Origin: Candidatus Poribacteria bacterium
Lineage (GTDB): Bacteria; Poribacteria; WGA-4E; WGA-3G
Length of the DNA: 64,000 nt
Reading direction: 5' to 3'
Assembly (NCBI GenBank): GCA_965217715.1
Contig: OZ244563.1
Span: forward strand, 405,116-469,115
Of the stretch, positions 20,522 through 32,300 are shown piece by piece. The notes beneath the pieces were generated by a model, which ran no database searches, had not been told where the DNA came from, and saw only the letters and a program-made list of their open reading frames with translations. The number at the start of each line of letters is the position of its first letter. The first letter of the stretch is position 1. A program made the position numbers and the translations under genes.

Positions 20522-20642
20522 GAAACTCGTAAAACTGTCAATTATAGGCGGGTTTTGTTCAGAAAATTTTCGCACAGACACTAAAATCTAACGAACAACA
20601 GAAAGTCCGAAAACGAACGAAATTCAAAAGGAGAACGAACCG

Positions 20643-22250
20643 GTGGATTTAGGTAATACACACCTACTTGATTTTAATGAATCTGATAACACGGATCAGG
20701 CTGAATTTGATGACTTAATGGAATTCACTCCAGGGGAAATCAGTGAACGTGAAGATCTGATTAAAGTTTATCTACGCGACATGGGGAAAGTTCCGTTGAT
20801 AGATAAAGAAAAGGAGATTCAATTATCTCAGCAAATTGAGATGGGACTCCGCCAGGCACAAGCTGCAACATTTACTACTCGACTTGCGGTAGCAGAGGTG
20901 CGAAAACTTCTCTATAAAATCATCATTGCTAAAAAACGGGCATCTGATATAGTTGATATGCAAATTTCGAGTAACTCAACCCGTGATAAGGAACGTAAGC
21001 TGCGCGAAAAAGTAGAAAAGATGATGCGAGTCATTGAAACTTTAGAATTGGAATATCTTCTTGCTGCGAAGAAAGCGGCTAAGAATAATGCAGTCGTAGA
21101 ATTTGAAACAGTTGGAAGTTATACAAACTTCGTCAAACATCTTGAGCAACTGAGGATTGACCGAGAAGAGATTAGCAAAATATCAGGACAGATTAAAGAA
21201 GTTGAACGGAATATTACTGACCGTGAACAAGAAATCGCACGACTCCAAAATCAACATAATCTTCCGCAAGAGTGGTTCAATGGAAGGCTAAACTCTAAAA
21301 CTCATAATTTTAAAACGGTTGCTGCAAAAGAAGCATATATTAACATCGTCCGCTATCAACGCGAGATTCAACAATATCTAAATACAATCGGTAGCTCTCG
21401 CGACTCCCTCCAAGCTATTACCAAACAGATTTGTGTTGGCGAAACCAACGCACAAGACGCAAAAATGGCTATTGTTGAAGCAAATCTCAGGTTAGTTGTT
21501 AGTATCGCAAAGAAATACAGACACCAAGCACCTGGACTTGAATTCCTCGATCTGATTCAGGAAGGCAATATAGGTTTAATGCGAGCAGTAGACAAGTTTG
21601 ATTATCAACGCGGTTTCAAGTTTAGCACTTACGCCACCTGGTGGATACGTCAAAGTATTACCCGCGCAATCGCGGACCAAGGTCGCACTATCCGTATTCC
21701 GGTCCACATGCATGAAAGAATCAATAAACTCAGGCGAGCAGAGCGTTCACTTATCCAAGATTTAGGTCGACGACCTACACCAGAAGAGATCGCTGCAGAT
21801 ATGGGAATTCCAGCTGAAAAAGTCAGAGAAGTTTTAAGGATTGTTCCGGAAACTGTCTCATTGGAAACACCTATCGGAGACGATGATGATGACAGCCAAT
21901 TAGGGGATTTCATTGAAGATGCAAGTGTGCTGTCACCAGCCACAGAAGCTGAGCTTAGCATTCTCAAAGAACGTATTCAGGAAGCACTCGCCGATCTGTC
22001 TGAACGGGAACGAGAGGTGATTGTCCTTCGCTTCGGAATTGAAGATGATACCATTGACCCATTGTTGTCTGAAACAACACGCAAACGGATTGCGGAACTT
22101 TGCATTACTACCGGTTACCCAAAAACACTTGAAGAGGTCGGTGTCGTTTTTGGTGTCACTCGAGAACGGATCCGCCAAATTGAAGCGAAAGCCCTCCGTA
22201 AACTTCGCCATCCAGTCCGAAGCCATCGCCTACGTGGCTTCATAGAATAA
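20643..22250 (+). CDS. rpoD: RNA polymerase sigma factor RpoD (sigma-70)
   Basis: GTG start after an AAAGGAGA RBS. Region 1.2 '[15 protein letters not shown]', regions 2.1-2.4 '...[44 protein letters not shown]', region 3, and region 4.2 '[30 protein letters not shown]'. Confidence 0.95.
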   Translation: MDLGNTHLLDFNESDNTDQAEFDDLMEFTPGEISEREDLIKVYLRDMGKVPLIDKEKEIQLSQQIEMGLRQAQAATFTTRLAVAEVRKLLYKIIIAKKRASDIVDMQISSNSTRDKERKLREKVEKMMRVIETLELEYLLAAKKAAKNNAVVEFETVGSYTNFVKHLEQLRIDREEISKISGQIKEVERNITDREQEIARLQNQHNLPQEWFNGRLNSKTHNFKTVAAKEAYINIVRYQREIQQYLNTIGSSRDSLQAITKQICVGETNAQDAKMAIVEANLRLVVSIAKKYRHQAPGLEFLDLIQEGNIGLMRAVDKFDYQRGFKFSTYATWWIRQSITRAIADQGRTIRIPVHMHERINKLRRAERSLIQDLGRRPTPEEIAADMGIPAEKVREVLRIVPETVSLETPIGDDDDDSQLGDFIEDASVLSPATEAELSILKERIQEALADLSEREREVIVLRFGIEDDTIDPLLSETTRKRIAELCITTGYPKTLEEVGVVFGVTRERIRQIEAKALRKLRHPVRSHRLRGFIE

Positions 22251-22341
22251 CAGCGATTACCACATATAAATACCTGCCACTCAGCAATGCAGAATAATCC
22301 AATTCTCCAGTCATTTTTTCTTTTTCACAAAAACATCTTTT

Positions 22342-22405
22342 TGTAGGAGCGACCTCCTGGTCGCGATATGACCAAAATGCTGAGAAAAACTGAAAACTGA
22401 ATTAC
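22342..22405. repeat. variant family-1 arm plus conserved tail (paralog of 1350..1414)
   Basis: TGTAGGAGCGACCTCCTGGTCGCGATATGACCAAAATGCTGAGAAAAACTGAAAACTGAATTAC. The stem GCGACC/GGTCGC is a compensatory variant of GCGAGCT/AGCTCGC. Confidence 0.7.
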
Positions 22406-22427
22406 GCTTCAAGAATTGCATAAATTC

Positions 22428-22456
22428 TTGATTTTTCGTTAGAAACAAGGTATAAT
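22428..22456 (+). promoter_or_regulatory. sigma-70 promoter of the tRNA-Met/tRNA-Val operon
   Basis: TTGATT-N17-TATAAT, with the -10 element ending 14 nt before the tRNA-Met 5' end. Confidence 0.6.
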
Positions 22457-22469
22457 TAAAAAACAATAT

Positions 22470-22542
22470 GGGTCCATAGCTCAGTGGTCAGAGCCGCCGG
22501 CTCATAACCGGCTGGTCCTAGGTTCGAGTCCTAGTGGGCCCA
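22470..22542 (+). tRNA. tRNA-Met (anticodon CAT; elongator type by the paired 1:72 G-C, though lysidine tRNA-Ile2 is not excluded)
   Basis: Acceptor GGGTCCA/TGGGCCC, D-arm GCTC-AGTGGTCA-GAGC, anticodon arm GCCGG-CTCATAA-CCGGC and T-arm CTAGG-TTCGAGT-CCTAG. Confidence 0.85.
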
Positions 22543-22553
22543 TCTCCTCTCAT

Positions 22554-22626
22554 GGGGCGTTAGCTCAGGGGTACGAGCGCTACCTTCACACGGTAGAAGT
22601 CACTGGTTCAAATCCAGTACGCCCCA
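22554..22626 (+). tRNA. tRNA-Val (anticodon CAC)
   Basis: Acceptor GGGGCGT/ACGCCCC, anticodon arm CTACC-TTCACAC-GGTAG and T-arm ACTGG-TTCAAAT-CCAGT. It lies 11 nt after tRNA-Met. Confidence 0.85.
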
Positions 22627-22948
22627 TCGCTTAGGGAAACGCCCAACCTACCGCGTGAAGGTATCTGTGATTACGTTCTGACAAAATTAGGTAAACCATT
22701 AAATCTGACTTTTGGAGGAATAAAATAAACAGTGTATCTTACTTCAACTATCCTATCTCCATTATCCTTTTGCAAACATGATTTTGCCATGAATTGATGC
22801 TTTTACAAAAAAAGCTAAACTTTTTCTGGTGAAACGTATATATTAAGTATAACAGGTGATCACCATGTTATTTTATAGTTTGAAACGATTAACTTTTCTC
22901 GTTATCTTGCTTATATAGTGAAATATACAAATAAGTTTACACTCCTTC

Positions 22949-23014
22949 TGTAGGAGCGATCTCCGAATCGCGACTGCACGCCTTGATAGTCGGGAATCGG
23001 AGTTCCCTCCTACA
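22949..23014. repeat. family-1 nested-palindrome element (GCGAT arm first)
   Basis: TGTAGGAGCGATCTCCGAATCGCGAC-tgcacgccttgata-GTCGGGAATCGGAGTTCCCTCCTACA. Confidence 0.85.
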
Positions 23015-23065
23015 CCTACAAAGTGTCCAAGTAATTCTAAAATCCACTATAAAAGGAAGTAACCG

Positions 23066-23704
23066 ATGACATATCAACGCGGTCCACATTACTCAGGTAA
23101 GTGTCCATTCAAGATTGTCCCAGAAGATCCGCTCTCTGCTGATCAGTCAATACGTCATTGTGTTGCTTGTGCGACAGAGTACAACACGCGGTTGGAAAGT
23201 CTTAAAGAAGATTTCCATCAAATCGCTATGTTGACGGTTCTGGAAGCGATGCCGAAGTATGACCCGAACCATCCGAGCGGTGCCAGTTTGACTACGTTTA
23301 TTAAGTTAAGCGTGTGTAAACGCCTCTGGGCAGAGCGGCGGAAGGAACTAACACATATTCCATTTCCGCTTGATGAGCAACCCACGGATGATGACAACTG
23401 GACGCCAAATCCGTTAGTTGATGGTTTGAATGCTGAAGCATGTGCGCATGAAGCATTAGAAGACGAAGTGATTCGACAGCTTGAGGTGGAACAATTCTGT
23501 GAACACTTACCTCAATTTTTGGCAAAACTTACCGAAAAACAACGCCGCGTCCTTGAAATGAAGTATTTTGAGGAGCGCAGCGGTGTTGAGATAGCCAAAG
23601 CACTCGGTATCTCTAAAGGTAGGGTGAGCCAAATTATGAAAACCGCTTTGGAAAAGGTGAAAAAGGCATACCTCCTTGCATTAGAGAAAGGTTTTAAATT
23701 TTAA
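23066..23704 (+). CDS. alternative sigma-70-family sigma factor (group 3/4-like) with Cys/His-rich N-terminal extension
   Basis: Region 2-like 'PKYDPNHPSGASLTTFIKLSVCKRLW' (FDP--G--F-TYA--RIR pattern) and region 4 HTH 'LTEKQRRVLEMKYFEERSGVEIAKALGISKGRVSQIMKTALEKV'. The first ~45 aa carry C13, H31, C32 and C35 (GKCPFK...RHCVAC). Confidence 0.7.
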   Translation: MTYQRGPHYSGKCPFKIVPEDPLSADQSIRHCVACATEYNTRLESLKEDFHQIAMLTVLEAMPKYDPNHPSGASLTTFIKLSVCKRLWAERRKELTHIPFPLDEQPTDDDNWTPNPLVDGLNAEACAHEALEDEVIRQLEVEQFCEHLPQFLAKLTEKQRRVLEMKYFEERSGVEIAKALGISKGRVSQIMKTALEKVKKAYLLALEKGFKF

Positions 23705-23768
23705 AACCAACGTCCTTGACGTTGATTTTAAATACCGACACCTGTGTGGGTGTAAAAGGAGAATTATC

Positions 23769-24572
23769 ATGTTTTTTAAGTTGAAGTTCAAGACAATCGC
23801 GATTGCAGCGGTAATCGCTTCTCTATTGCTTATAGGTTTAAATTATAGTGAGGCTGCTTCTATAACGTATCTATCTGTTGATTCGAATACGGATTACGGC
23901 GGCGGCTCGGACTTCTATGCGTCTCTGTCAGCAGATGAAAACATCAGTTATATCGACTGGTATGTCAAACAGACGTATCCGACATCTGACGCAGATAGTG
24001 ACTATGAACATGTCCATACCAGTATGCATAGTAGTGGCACGACAAGCGTCTCTGTGCGCCTTGGTTTGTTCGATGGTCACATAAAGATCGCCGAGTATGA
24101 TATAAAGGCAGAGGTTACGTTTTCGGATGGTTCTGACTCCAGCACGACCACGACATCTGTCTATAAACCTGTTTTTGATGATAGTGGATACCAAAGAACA
24201 GGTGTCTATGGCTATTCAGAATTGACCGCTCACTACTTTGATGGCTCCTCTATCGTCATGGACGGGTATGTCTCGGCATATAACGGCACCGGTGATAATG
24301 CGAGAGGGTTCGGAAGGTTCAGACATACAGCCACCAACAAACCGCTGGATGAGTTAGAAGAGCCTTTGCCCAACGAAATCTTTGAACAGGGTGAAACTTA
24401 CGGTTATAGCACCAGTGATCTTATGACTAACTTCAATTTTGACACCGGCGGAGAACTCCAGGGAAATGACACGTGGGTGTGTAATGCGTATCTTCGGCTC
24501 AAAGTGCATCAAGGAGTGACAGATGACTGGTTGGCGGAAGATACGAATACGTTTACTCATTTAGACAATTGA
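23769..24572 (+). CDS. secreted Ser/Thr/Asp/Tyr-rich hypothetical protein
   Basis: Signal peptide MFFKLKFKTIAIAAVIASLLLIGLNYSEA and an AAAAGGAGAA RBS. No recognisable domain. Confidence 0.55.
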   Translation: MFFKLKFKTIAIAAVIASLLLIGLNYSEAASITYLSVDSNTDYGGGSDFYASLSADENISYIDWYVKQTYPTSDADSDYEHVHTSMHSSGTTSVSVRLGLFDGHIKIAEYDIKAEVTFSDGSDSSTTTTSVYKPVFDDSGYQRTGVYGYSELTAHYFDGSSIVMDGYVSAYNGTGDNARGFGRFRHTATNKPLDELEEPLPNEIFEQGETYGYSTSDLMTNFNFDTGGELQGNDTWVCNAYLRLKVHQGVTDDWLAEDTNTFTHLDN

Positions 24573-24637
24573 TAAACCAATTCATAAGGCAGGGGACATG
24601 TGCCCCTGCCACACCTTTTCTTTTAAGGAGAGTAGTC

Positions 24638-25723
24638 ATGTTCCTACAAAAAGTCAGTTTGCTTTGTTTGCTGCTACTGCTTTTCGGTGTGGTGGCAGAT
24701 GCTAAAATCGTTTTTGGGTCCAGGCGCGACGGTGTGCAAGGTGTTTACGTGATGGACGATGATGGTAGCAACCAGACACTTCTCATTGAAGATGGGGAAA
24801 AGTGGTTACCATTCCCTGATTGCTGGTCGCCCGATGGTCAACAGATTGTATTTGAGAGACGTGGTAGTCAAAACATCATGCATTTAGATGGCACAAACAT
24901 CCAAAAACTCATAATCCCTACAGTGTATGTCGGTAGAATGTCATTTTCCCCGGATGGCAAAGCTCTCGTTTTTAATATGAGAGTAGAAATAGATGGCAAA
25001 GAGATAAAGAGCGTCAACGTGCTGAATATAGAAACGGGGGAGATAAAAGAAATAGCGGATGTCAGTGCAACCTTTTGTGATTGGTCGCCTGATGGCAAGT
25101 CTATTGTGTTCTCAAAGCCGGGTGTGGTTGGAGAGGATGCAGGTGGGACGCTTTGGATAATGGGATCAGATGGTCATAATCCACGCAAACTCTTGCTCCC
25201 ACCCATACAGGGAGCATTCAAAGCGCCGCGCTGGTCGCCCGATGGCAAACAGATCGTCTATCTCCATGACCAGTATGTGTGGGAGCCACGCCCGGGAGTT
25301 GCGCTTGCGCTCATCTACAAGGCGCATCGGTATCTGATTTGTGATCGCACCGGAGAAAACATCAAACAACTCCGGATACCGAAGGACTGGCGCCCCTTAC
25401 AAATTGACTGGATGGATGATGGCAAATCTGTTGTTTTCAGCGCGTATGTCGGGATACCTCTAAACGAAATGGTATTTCCCGATCAGTTACCTCCTTGCAA
25501 TATCTATAAATATCATATACCAACGGGAGAGATTACGCGCCTCACAGACCATCTGGGAAAGGATGACTCGCTGGATTGGATCAGCGATGATGTGCTTTCT
25601 GTTTCACCCGAAGGTAAGATGCAAACGCAATGGGGTAAACTAAAAAAGCTTCTTCAGAGTCGTAGTGAAACGTTCAAGTCGTTATCACAAAACGTGTTAT
25701 TTCTCCTGCAGAAGCAACGTTGA
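24638..25723 (+). CDS. PD40/TolB-like beta-propeller repeat protein, secreted
   Basis: Signal peptide MFLQKVSLLCLLLLLFGVVADA, then blades 'CWSPDGQQIVF', 'SFSPDGKALVF', 'DWSPDGKSIVF' and 'RWSPDGKQIVY'. Start at the ATG after an AAGGAGA RBS. Confidence 0.75.
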   Translation: MFLQKVSLLCLLLLLFGVVADAKIVFGSRRDGVQGVYVMDDDGSNQTLLIEDGEKWLPFPDCWSPDGQQIVFERRGSQNIMHLDGTNIQKLIIPTVYVGRMSFSPDGKALVFNMRVEIDGKEIKSVNVLNIETGEIKEIADVSATFCDWSPDGKSIVFSKPGVVGEDAGGTLWIMGSDGHNPRKLLLPPIQGAFKAPRWSPDGKQIVYLHDQYVWEPRPGVALALIYKAHRYLICDRTGENIKQLRIPKDWRPLQIDWMDDGKSVVFSAYVGIPLNEMVFPDQLPPCNIYKYHIPTGEITRLTDHLGKDDSLDWISDDVLSVSPEGKMQTQWGKLKKLLQSRSETFKSLSQNVLFLLQKQR

Positions 25724-25772
25724 ATGCACATACGGCATTTAGCGGTTTGTCAAAAGTTCAGGATTAAATTAA

Positions 25773-25824
25773 CACCTTTGTGTTGAAGGGTATCTCTTCT
25801 GGGATACCCTTCAACACAAAGGTG
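25773..25824 (+). terminator. perfect 22-bp inverted repeat (8-nt loop): strong hairpin, terminator-like or operator-like
   Basis: CACCTTTGTGTTGAAGGGTATC-tcttctgg-GATACCCTTCAACACAAAGGTG lies between the stop at 25723 and the start at 25832. There is no clear T-tract, and GGGATAC recurs once more just before the ATG. Confidence 0.5.
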
Positions 25825-25831
25825 GGATACA

Positions 25832-26311
25832 ATGCCAAAACATAAACCTGTTCATCCCATCTTCAACAATCGGTGGCAACCTGTTATTGCATTCATAGCA
25901 GGCATACTGATTTCTCATCTTTGGGGAGCAGGAGCAGATGTATGGCGCGGATTCTTTGAAGGAACAATATACGGAAAAGTATTTATAGAAAATGGGAATA
26001 CTTCTCAGCAGAATCTTGAAGGAATTGAGATTTCATTGGATATAATTGGTAGTAACAAGAAATGTAAACCTGTTTTGACAAATGATATGGGGGAATACCG
26101 TTTTGATCATAATGTTCCAGTTGGATGCTATCTATGGATTAATGTGAAATATGGAAAGAACCAAAGACACAGAGAATATATAGATACAATTGAAGGTGTG
26201 AAGTGGTTACTTGGAAGTAGACGTTTGGCTCTCCCTATTTCGTCAGGTATCCCAAAACGGGTAGATTTAGGAATTCATCCTATTATATCTCAGTATGCTG
26301 GCAATCCATAG
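25832..26311 (+). CDS. membrane-anchored carboxypeptidase-regulatory-like (CarboxypepD_reg) domain protein
   Basis: TM segment WQPVIAFIAGILISHLW, then 'GTIYGKVFIENGN..LEGIEISL...TNDMGEYRFDHNVPVGCYLWINV', the G-I-G-V / TD-G-Y-F / G-Y-L beta-sandwich pattern. Confidence 0.55.
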   Translation: MPKHKPVHPIFNNRWQPVIAFIAGILISHLWGAGADVWRGFFEGTIYGKVFIENGNTSQQNLEGIEISLDIIGSNKKCKPVLTNDMGEYRFDHNVPVGCYLWINVKYGKNQRHREYIDTIEGVKWLLGSRRLALPISSGIPKRVDLGIHPIISQYAGNP

Positions 26312-26313
26312 CA

Positions 26314-29300
26314 TTATTCAAATTGACCTCTTACCGTAAGTGCGCTTGCGACTGAGAGGTAATCCCTTCCCTCTTCAACCCTATCGTGGTTGTAGCTAAG
26401 TCCCAAATGTAGATTCGCTGTTAGATGGTCACTGAGTTTGTAGCCTGCACGTAAAGTTGTCTCGTATCGTTCAGACCGTTCCTCTTTGTTGGCACCGTAG
26501 TTTTCTCTGCGAATTGCCAATGATAAGGTATTTGTCAGGTCAATGTCGTGCTTAAGTTGTATTCTGCCGAAAAATGGCACGCGTATGCCACCTTCGGTCC
26601 GGTAACGGTAGTCAATACTAAAGTTAGGTGTGACGATGAAAGCTTTGCTCTCAATTCCACTTCGCAGATGATCGCGAAGAGTCGTGCGAATACCTAATGA
26701 AGTCCTGGTTTCTTCGCTCCATTTATGTAGCCAACTCAGCGATGGGGTGTGTGCAGCACTGTCGCTTAGCGTAACTACAAGATTACCACTTTTCCGTATC
26801 GTATAACTATACCGAAGTTGAAAACTTGTGGCTTGTTGTGCATTTAGCTTAACATCCCCTTCGTAGGTTTCTGCGTGTGATGTATATGTGCTACCGTAAC
26901 TTTTCCGAAAGCTATCAGATGTACTGATATTTGTTCCGAAGGAAAACCATTTCCATGGATCCACTGAAGTACGGACTGTGTAGCGATTACTGTTACGCGA
27001 ATTAGTACGTTCCTCTGCTTCTCTATCAAGTTCCCAGATGTCTATCAGCGACTGACCAGATTCAAGTTGGCGAAAGGATTCAGAAGCAGTGAATGTCGCA
27101 TTGGTGTTTATCGTAAATGTATTGATTATTCGCTGTAAAAAACCTTCCGGTTTAGGTTGTTGCGTGGCAAGAGAACCTGTTGCTGCAGGACTGGGACGCT
27201 GTTTTTGTTCCATCTCCGCTTTATCACGGTTAATCCAGTCATTTTGATCTTCAACTATTTTTTGGATTTGCGTTTCATCAACACCCTTATCACGTAACTT
27301 TTCAAGCCGCTGTTCAATCGGGGTCTGTTGATCTGACTTTTCGATCATTCCATCCTGACTCTCTTCTAAGGCTACAGTTTCCGGTTTTTCCTTATTAAAC
27401 AGCCACCCAAACCATTTTTGAATACGAAGATTCAGACCCAGATTTACGTTTCCGTTAAGTGAAGCGTCTTTCTTTACATTAAACCAATTTTCTCTGAAAC
27501 TCACACGGCTTGTGACTGTGGGACGCAAACCAATAAGATCGCGATTGAGGCGTGGTGTAAGTGAAAGTCGGTGTTCACGTTCAGCAATTGAGAAATATAG
27601 CGGAATTTCTTCATTAGAATCCTCTTCCACAGAAAAATTGGTGTTCGTTACGCCATCCCCCAAAAATGATGTTCTATATCGATTCGGATCACGTTTCTCA
27701 AGTGTTCGCCGCACATCATAACTCGGACTGAGACTGAAAACAGTAATTGGACTAATATTAAGCGTTATAGAGCCACTATCTGTTTTTTCATCTCGATTCC
27801 TACCATAGCCGTAACTGTAATAGGATGTTGATGTTGTAGCCGTATCTGTTGCCGTTTCAGGTTTTGCAAGAATATCCTCATGCCGATACTGCACATTGAA
27901 CCCAAGTTTTGAACCGAGATTATATCGAAAAGTACCTGTGTATAGATGGCTAATTTGTGTGCCTTGTCGTTCGTTCCAAAAGTCTTGATAATTGTAGGAG
28001 AATCCGAGGTTGGGAAAAGGATTTCGGTTAAACTGCACCGAAACATCTCGGTTTAATGTTTCGCTCTTTCCACTAACAAAAGAGCTGTAACTTCCTCGTA
28101 GCGCTTCAGTTTCAGATTCCTGTTCTCGGATAGAGTACCGTATTGGAAGCCATGTAAAAATCGTGACATCAGCATCAATATTGTAGTCGTTGTTTGTAGT
28201 ACTATAGCCACGGGATGATAAACGTTGCCGTCCGATTTCCCCAGCCCCGCTCTCAAAATCTTTGTCTTGGCTTGCATAACCGCCACGGAGTTGGATAACA
28301 CTACCAAGTGAAACAGCCATATTTCCACGTCGTGCCCATCCAGAGCGGACGAGTGGATCACCGAGATGTATCTCGTTTACCCATACCTCACCACTAATTT
28401 CTCTGTCCGTGTCGTTTCGGATACCGAGCAATATACCTCCAATATTCTTGATGGATAGTTGCGTTCTGCTTACCCCTGTTTCTGACCCCCTGACACTAAA
28501 GCCGTCAGGATGCCCGTCAGGTGCATTTTCGATGGGAGATGATTGTAATTGATTTGGTGTCTCTGTATCAACATTCTGATCTGCAACCCGATCCGGATAT
28601 TCGTTCCTAACGTTGTCTTGCAAGTCAATCTCAATCAGTTTCCAGCCTTCAAAGTCTATCGGTACAGTATATTCATAATAGTCCGTTAGGTTTTCAAAGA
28701 TATTAACATCTTGTTCCTGTTGTGGTCGGTTGAGGAATGGGTCGGAACTATAAAAGGAACTTCGGTAACCGGTGCGTACACTGGGTGCAAGTTGTAGTAC
28801 AAAAGTAGTATGGCTTTTATCACCATACAACCATAATCGGAGTGTATCGTGCCTACTAAAATCTTGTCCTTCGCTCTGGCTAAAACCTCTTAGTTGCTTG
28901 GAGGTAATACCGTAAGAATCAGGGTATAGATAATATTCAAGGCTCAGCGTCTGTTCGCGTTGTTGCTGTGTTTGGAAGCCGAGCGAAGTCGCCGTAAATG
29001 GGTGTAGTTTTCTGAAAAGTTCGTCATCTTCAATTTCTATATAGGCACTCTGATAGTCGTCAAAACTGAAGTTATCTTTTGTGCCAACGATGAACTTTTC
29101 GAGCGTATCTTGAACAACTTGACGATCGGAAAGTCCGGTGGTTGTTTCTGCAAAAGATTTTGTGACGATACCTTGTTCCCACTTATTCCCAACAATTTCA
29201 ATAGATGCCCATTGAAATGTGCCCTTAACGCTGCCGGGCCGGTTCTTCATGAGCCAAAAACGGAAGTGCTGAACAAACACGAGACTGGGGACACGAGAGC

Positions 29301-32300
29301 CTTCCGGTAAAAATTTAGAGAGCGGGATACTAAGGAACGTCCACCCGTTTTGGTTTTTACCTTTAACCCATTCGTTTGGAATCTCATTAAGTGGGATAGC
29401 AACCTGAAAATATGCATCAACGCTATCAAGCACGCCATCGCCATTTAAATCCTCGCTATCCAAAATTTGATTATTTCCTCCAAAAGACTTTGGTTCAAAT
29501 GGTCCGTCATAACTCCAACCAACGTCCTCACCCGTATCAAGTGCTCCGTTCCCACGATATCGATGCGCATCCGGTAGATTTTCAAGGTCAAGATCAAGCG
29601 CGTCAACAATACCGTCTCCGTTGGTATCTTCTAATGTTTGTGGAAGGTCTTCACTATCAAGGTGTCCATCAGCATCCGCATCTTCATTTACAGCACCAAG
29701 ATTGAGATAGAGCGTTACATCGTCGTCACCTTGCACGCGCAACCACATCTCAACAAACCCACGCTCGGAGTAGTCAACGCCAGATTTTGAGACACCGTTG
29801 GAGAAACCGCCCCATTCTTCAACGACATCCGTAAAATCGTATCCAATTTCCATAATCAACCGTTCTTCTGTAGAAAGAGAGAGCGGCTGAATTGACGAGG
29901 CAGGTACATCTCGGTTACGCATATAGTTGCCAACTGCCTCCGCTTCTTCCCTATCTTTCAGAACGACATCAAAAAGTGCTCTATTTTCCTGTGTGGGTAG
30001 CACGGTATAATTGTGTATCGGTGTACCTGTTTGAGTCGATTCCCGGATGTATGGCACACTACTCGGTTTCCAGCTGTATTTGATCGTTGGGATGGTGGTG
30101 GTTTCTTTTACTCCTTCCATGCTATCAATTAGGGCAACCCCGACACTATTCGGGTTATTATGTGAGTAAGCCGACTCCCCACTAAAGTCAATAGAGAGTG
30201 GAAAATATTGGACATTCACGAAAGGCAGTGGGTTTATTAACCACGCCATGTTGAACTCCCTCCCAAAACTGGTGTTGATATTAAATGCTTGCAAGCGGTT
30301 GGGAACTTCGTTAACATTCGGTATCTGAGCAGGTTTCTGACCAGTCGTTAAGATATAGCCTGTTGATACATTAAAACCTTTTTGGAAAACAGGATTGAAA
30401 TAATTCATACCTGTTCCGTAACCGCCTGAATAACTGGGTCCGATTCGCGAACGACCTCCGAAACTACCAAAACTACTGTATCCACCACCACCAAAACCAC
30501 TTCCGAAACTGCTACGACCAATGCCGGAATTATTCATTCCCCTACCAGAAAACGTCCCGCTCCGAGAAAACCCGCCCGAAAAGGGGTCATTCGTAAGATT
30601 ACTGTCCAAACCTGTTTGGGAGATTTGCATGCCACCCAGACGATTAAACCTATCTTCAAGATTTTGCTCTCGCTCTGATTTCGGTTTCGGTTTATGTGTA
30701 TATTCTAACCATACACCAGCAACTGCTTGCTGTGAACCACCGAACGGTGTCTTTTCAAATTCCACTACGATTTCATCAAATTCATCAAGTTCTGTAAAAA
30801 ACCTGATGGACCCAACTTCATAAACCATCATGTAGTCCGTGTCGCGCGTGAGAACTCTCCCGTTTAACCGAACGGTTTCGCTATTTGGAATCACAAATAA
30901 TCCGACCTGATAGGTTTCAGATTGATACGAATAGTCAGCTACAATCGTGTAGACATGGTCAGTACTACGGAGGGATTCGAGATAAATCGCTTCGTTATTC
31001 AAAGAATCTCGGTATCGGTAGTAAGGATGTTGCGGATCGCTGATTTGAAAGGGGTGTAAATTTGGGAAACGCAGTAATCCTCTGTCATAGTCTATGTACT
31101 CAGGATCCACAATACCGTCGCCGTTCTGATCTAATCCAAATATTTCTATGTATGGTACAAGTCCTGCATCAGTTTGAAATGTTTCGCTTTCTCCCTGTCG
31201 GATGATTGTCAATTGAAAATCACGAGGATTGATGTTTCGGTTGCTAAGGAAGTAGACGTTATCTGCCACTGTTCCACGAAATCCTTTTGCTTTTAACACA
31301 ACATAGCCAACCTCTTCCCCCTCTTCATCAATAGATCCATCTCCGTTTTCATCAGCAAAAACATTCCCAGGATTTCCAACGCTGCCACCACCGTCTCCCA
31401 GATATTCGTAAGCGACAACAATCGTATAACTTGGGGAGATAGAAGATAAGAACTCAATCTCACCTGTTTCATAGTTAATGTTATAGTCCTGACCTGGAAA
31501 CTGTTGATTGAAGTATCCTTGACTCGTCCGTTGACCTCCTTGGTTATTGCCTACAACGCTATCATCTATATAGATTTCCACACTCCCCTGTTTTATGGGA
31601 AGATATGCGTCATGGAGCAAACCATCTTCGCCTTGGTGGATTAAATAGTACCTATTTTTAACATAATTTGCATCTACAATCTGAATACCGCGCGGCCCGT
31701 AACCGAAACTCGCTCTCCGAGACTGTCCACGGAACGTTCGCACTTCACGAACACCTTTACTTCGCGATCCGAAAAGAGTCATACGAGTGTTTTTATATTC
31801 AAACACGCCTTCCAGCCCAAACAAATTACGGTTGATATTCAAGAATCGTGTGTTCGGCAGGCTAAGTGTAATGTCACCAAAAGAGATAGTTTTAATGAAA
31901 CTTTCAGGTTTACCTTCATACCAGATTTTAATCTTCTGTTCTTTGGCACCTCCAAGTCCATACCCGCCGTAGCTACTACCATATCCACCACCATAGGTAT
32001 CACCTGCGTTGTAATCAACCGCAATATGTGTGCGTTCCCCAACACGACCATGTAATCCAATTGTTTGACTTTGCCGTATATTAATACCGGTAGAACGGGG
32101 AATACCGCTTCTGCCATAGCTGCTGTAACCACCATAACTACTGTAGCCACTCCCATAGCTCGAACCGAAACTGTCGTATCCGCCGCCAAACCCGCTGCTG
32201 TAACCGAAATCTTCATAACTATAGGAAGAAGTTAGTCCAAGGTCAAGTCCTGAACCGTAGTCACCATAACTCCCATAACTATAACCACCGTAACGGTTCA

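Noticed and set aside
22627-22680. 'TACCGCGTGAAGGTA' just downstream of tRNA-Val, which is the inverse complement of the tRNA-Val anticodon arm (15/16)
   Set aside because: It could be a remnant integrase att site. But there is no integrase or island nearby and the match is short, so chance or a local hairpin is the simpler explanation.
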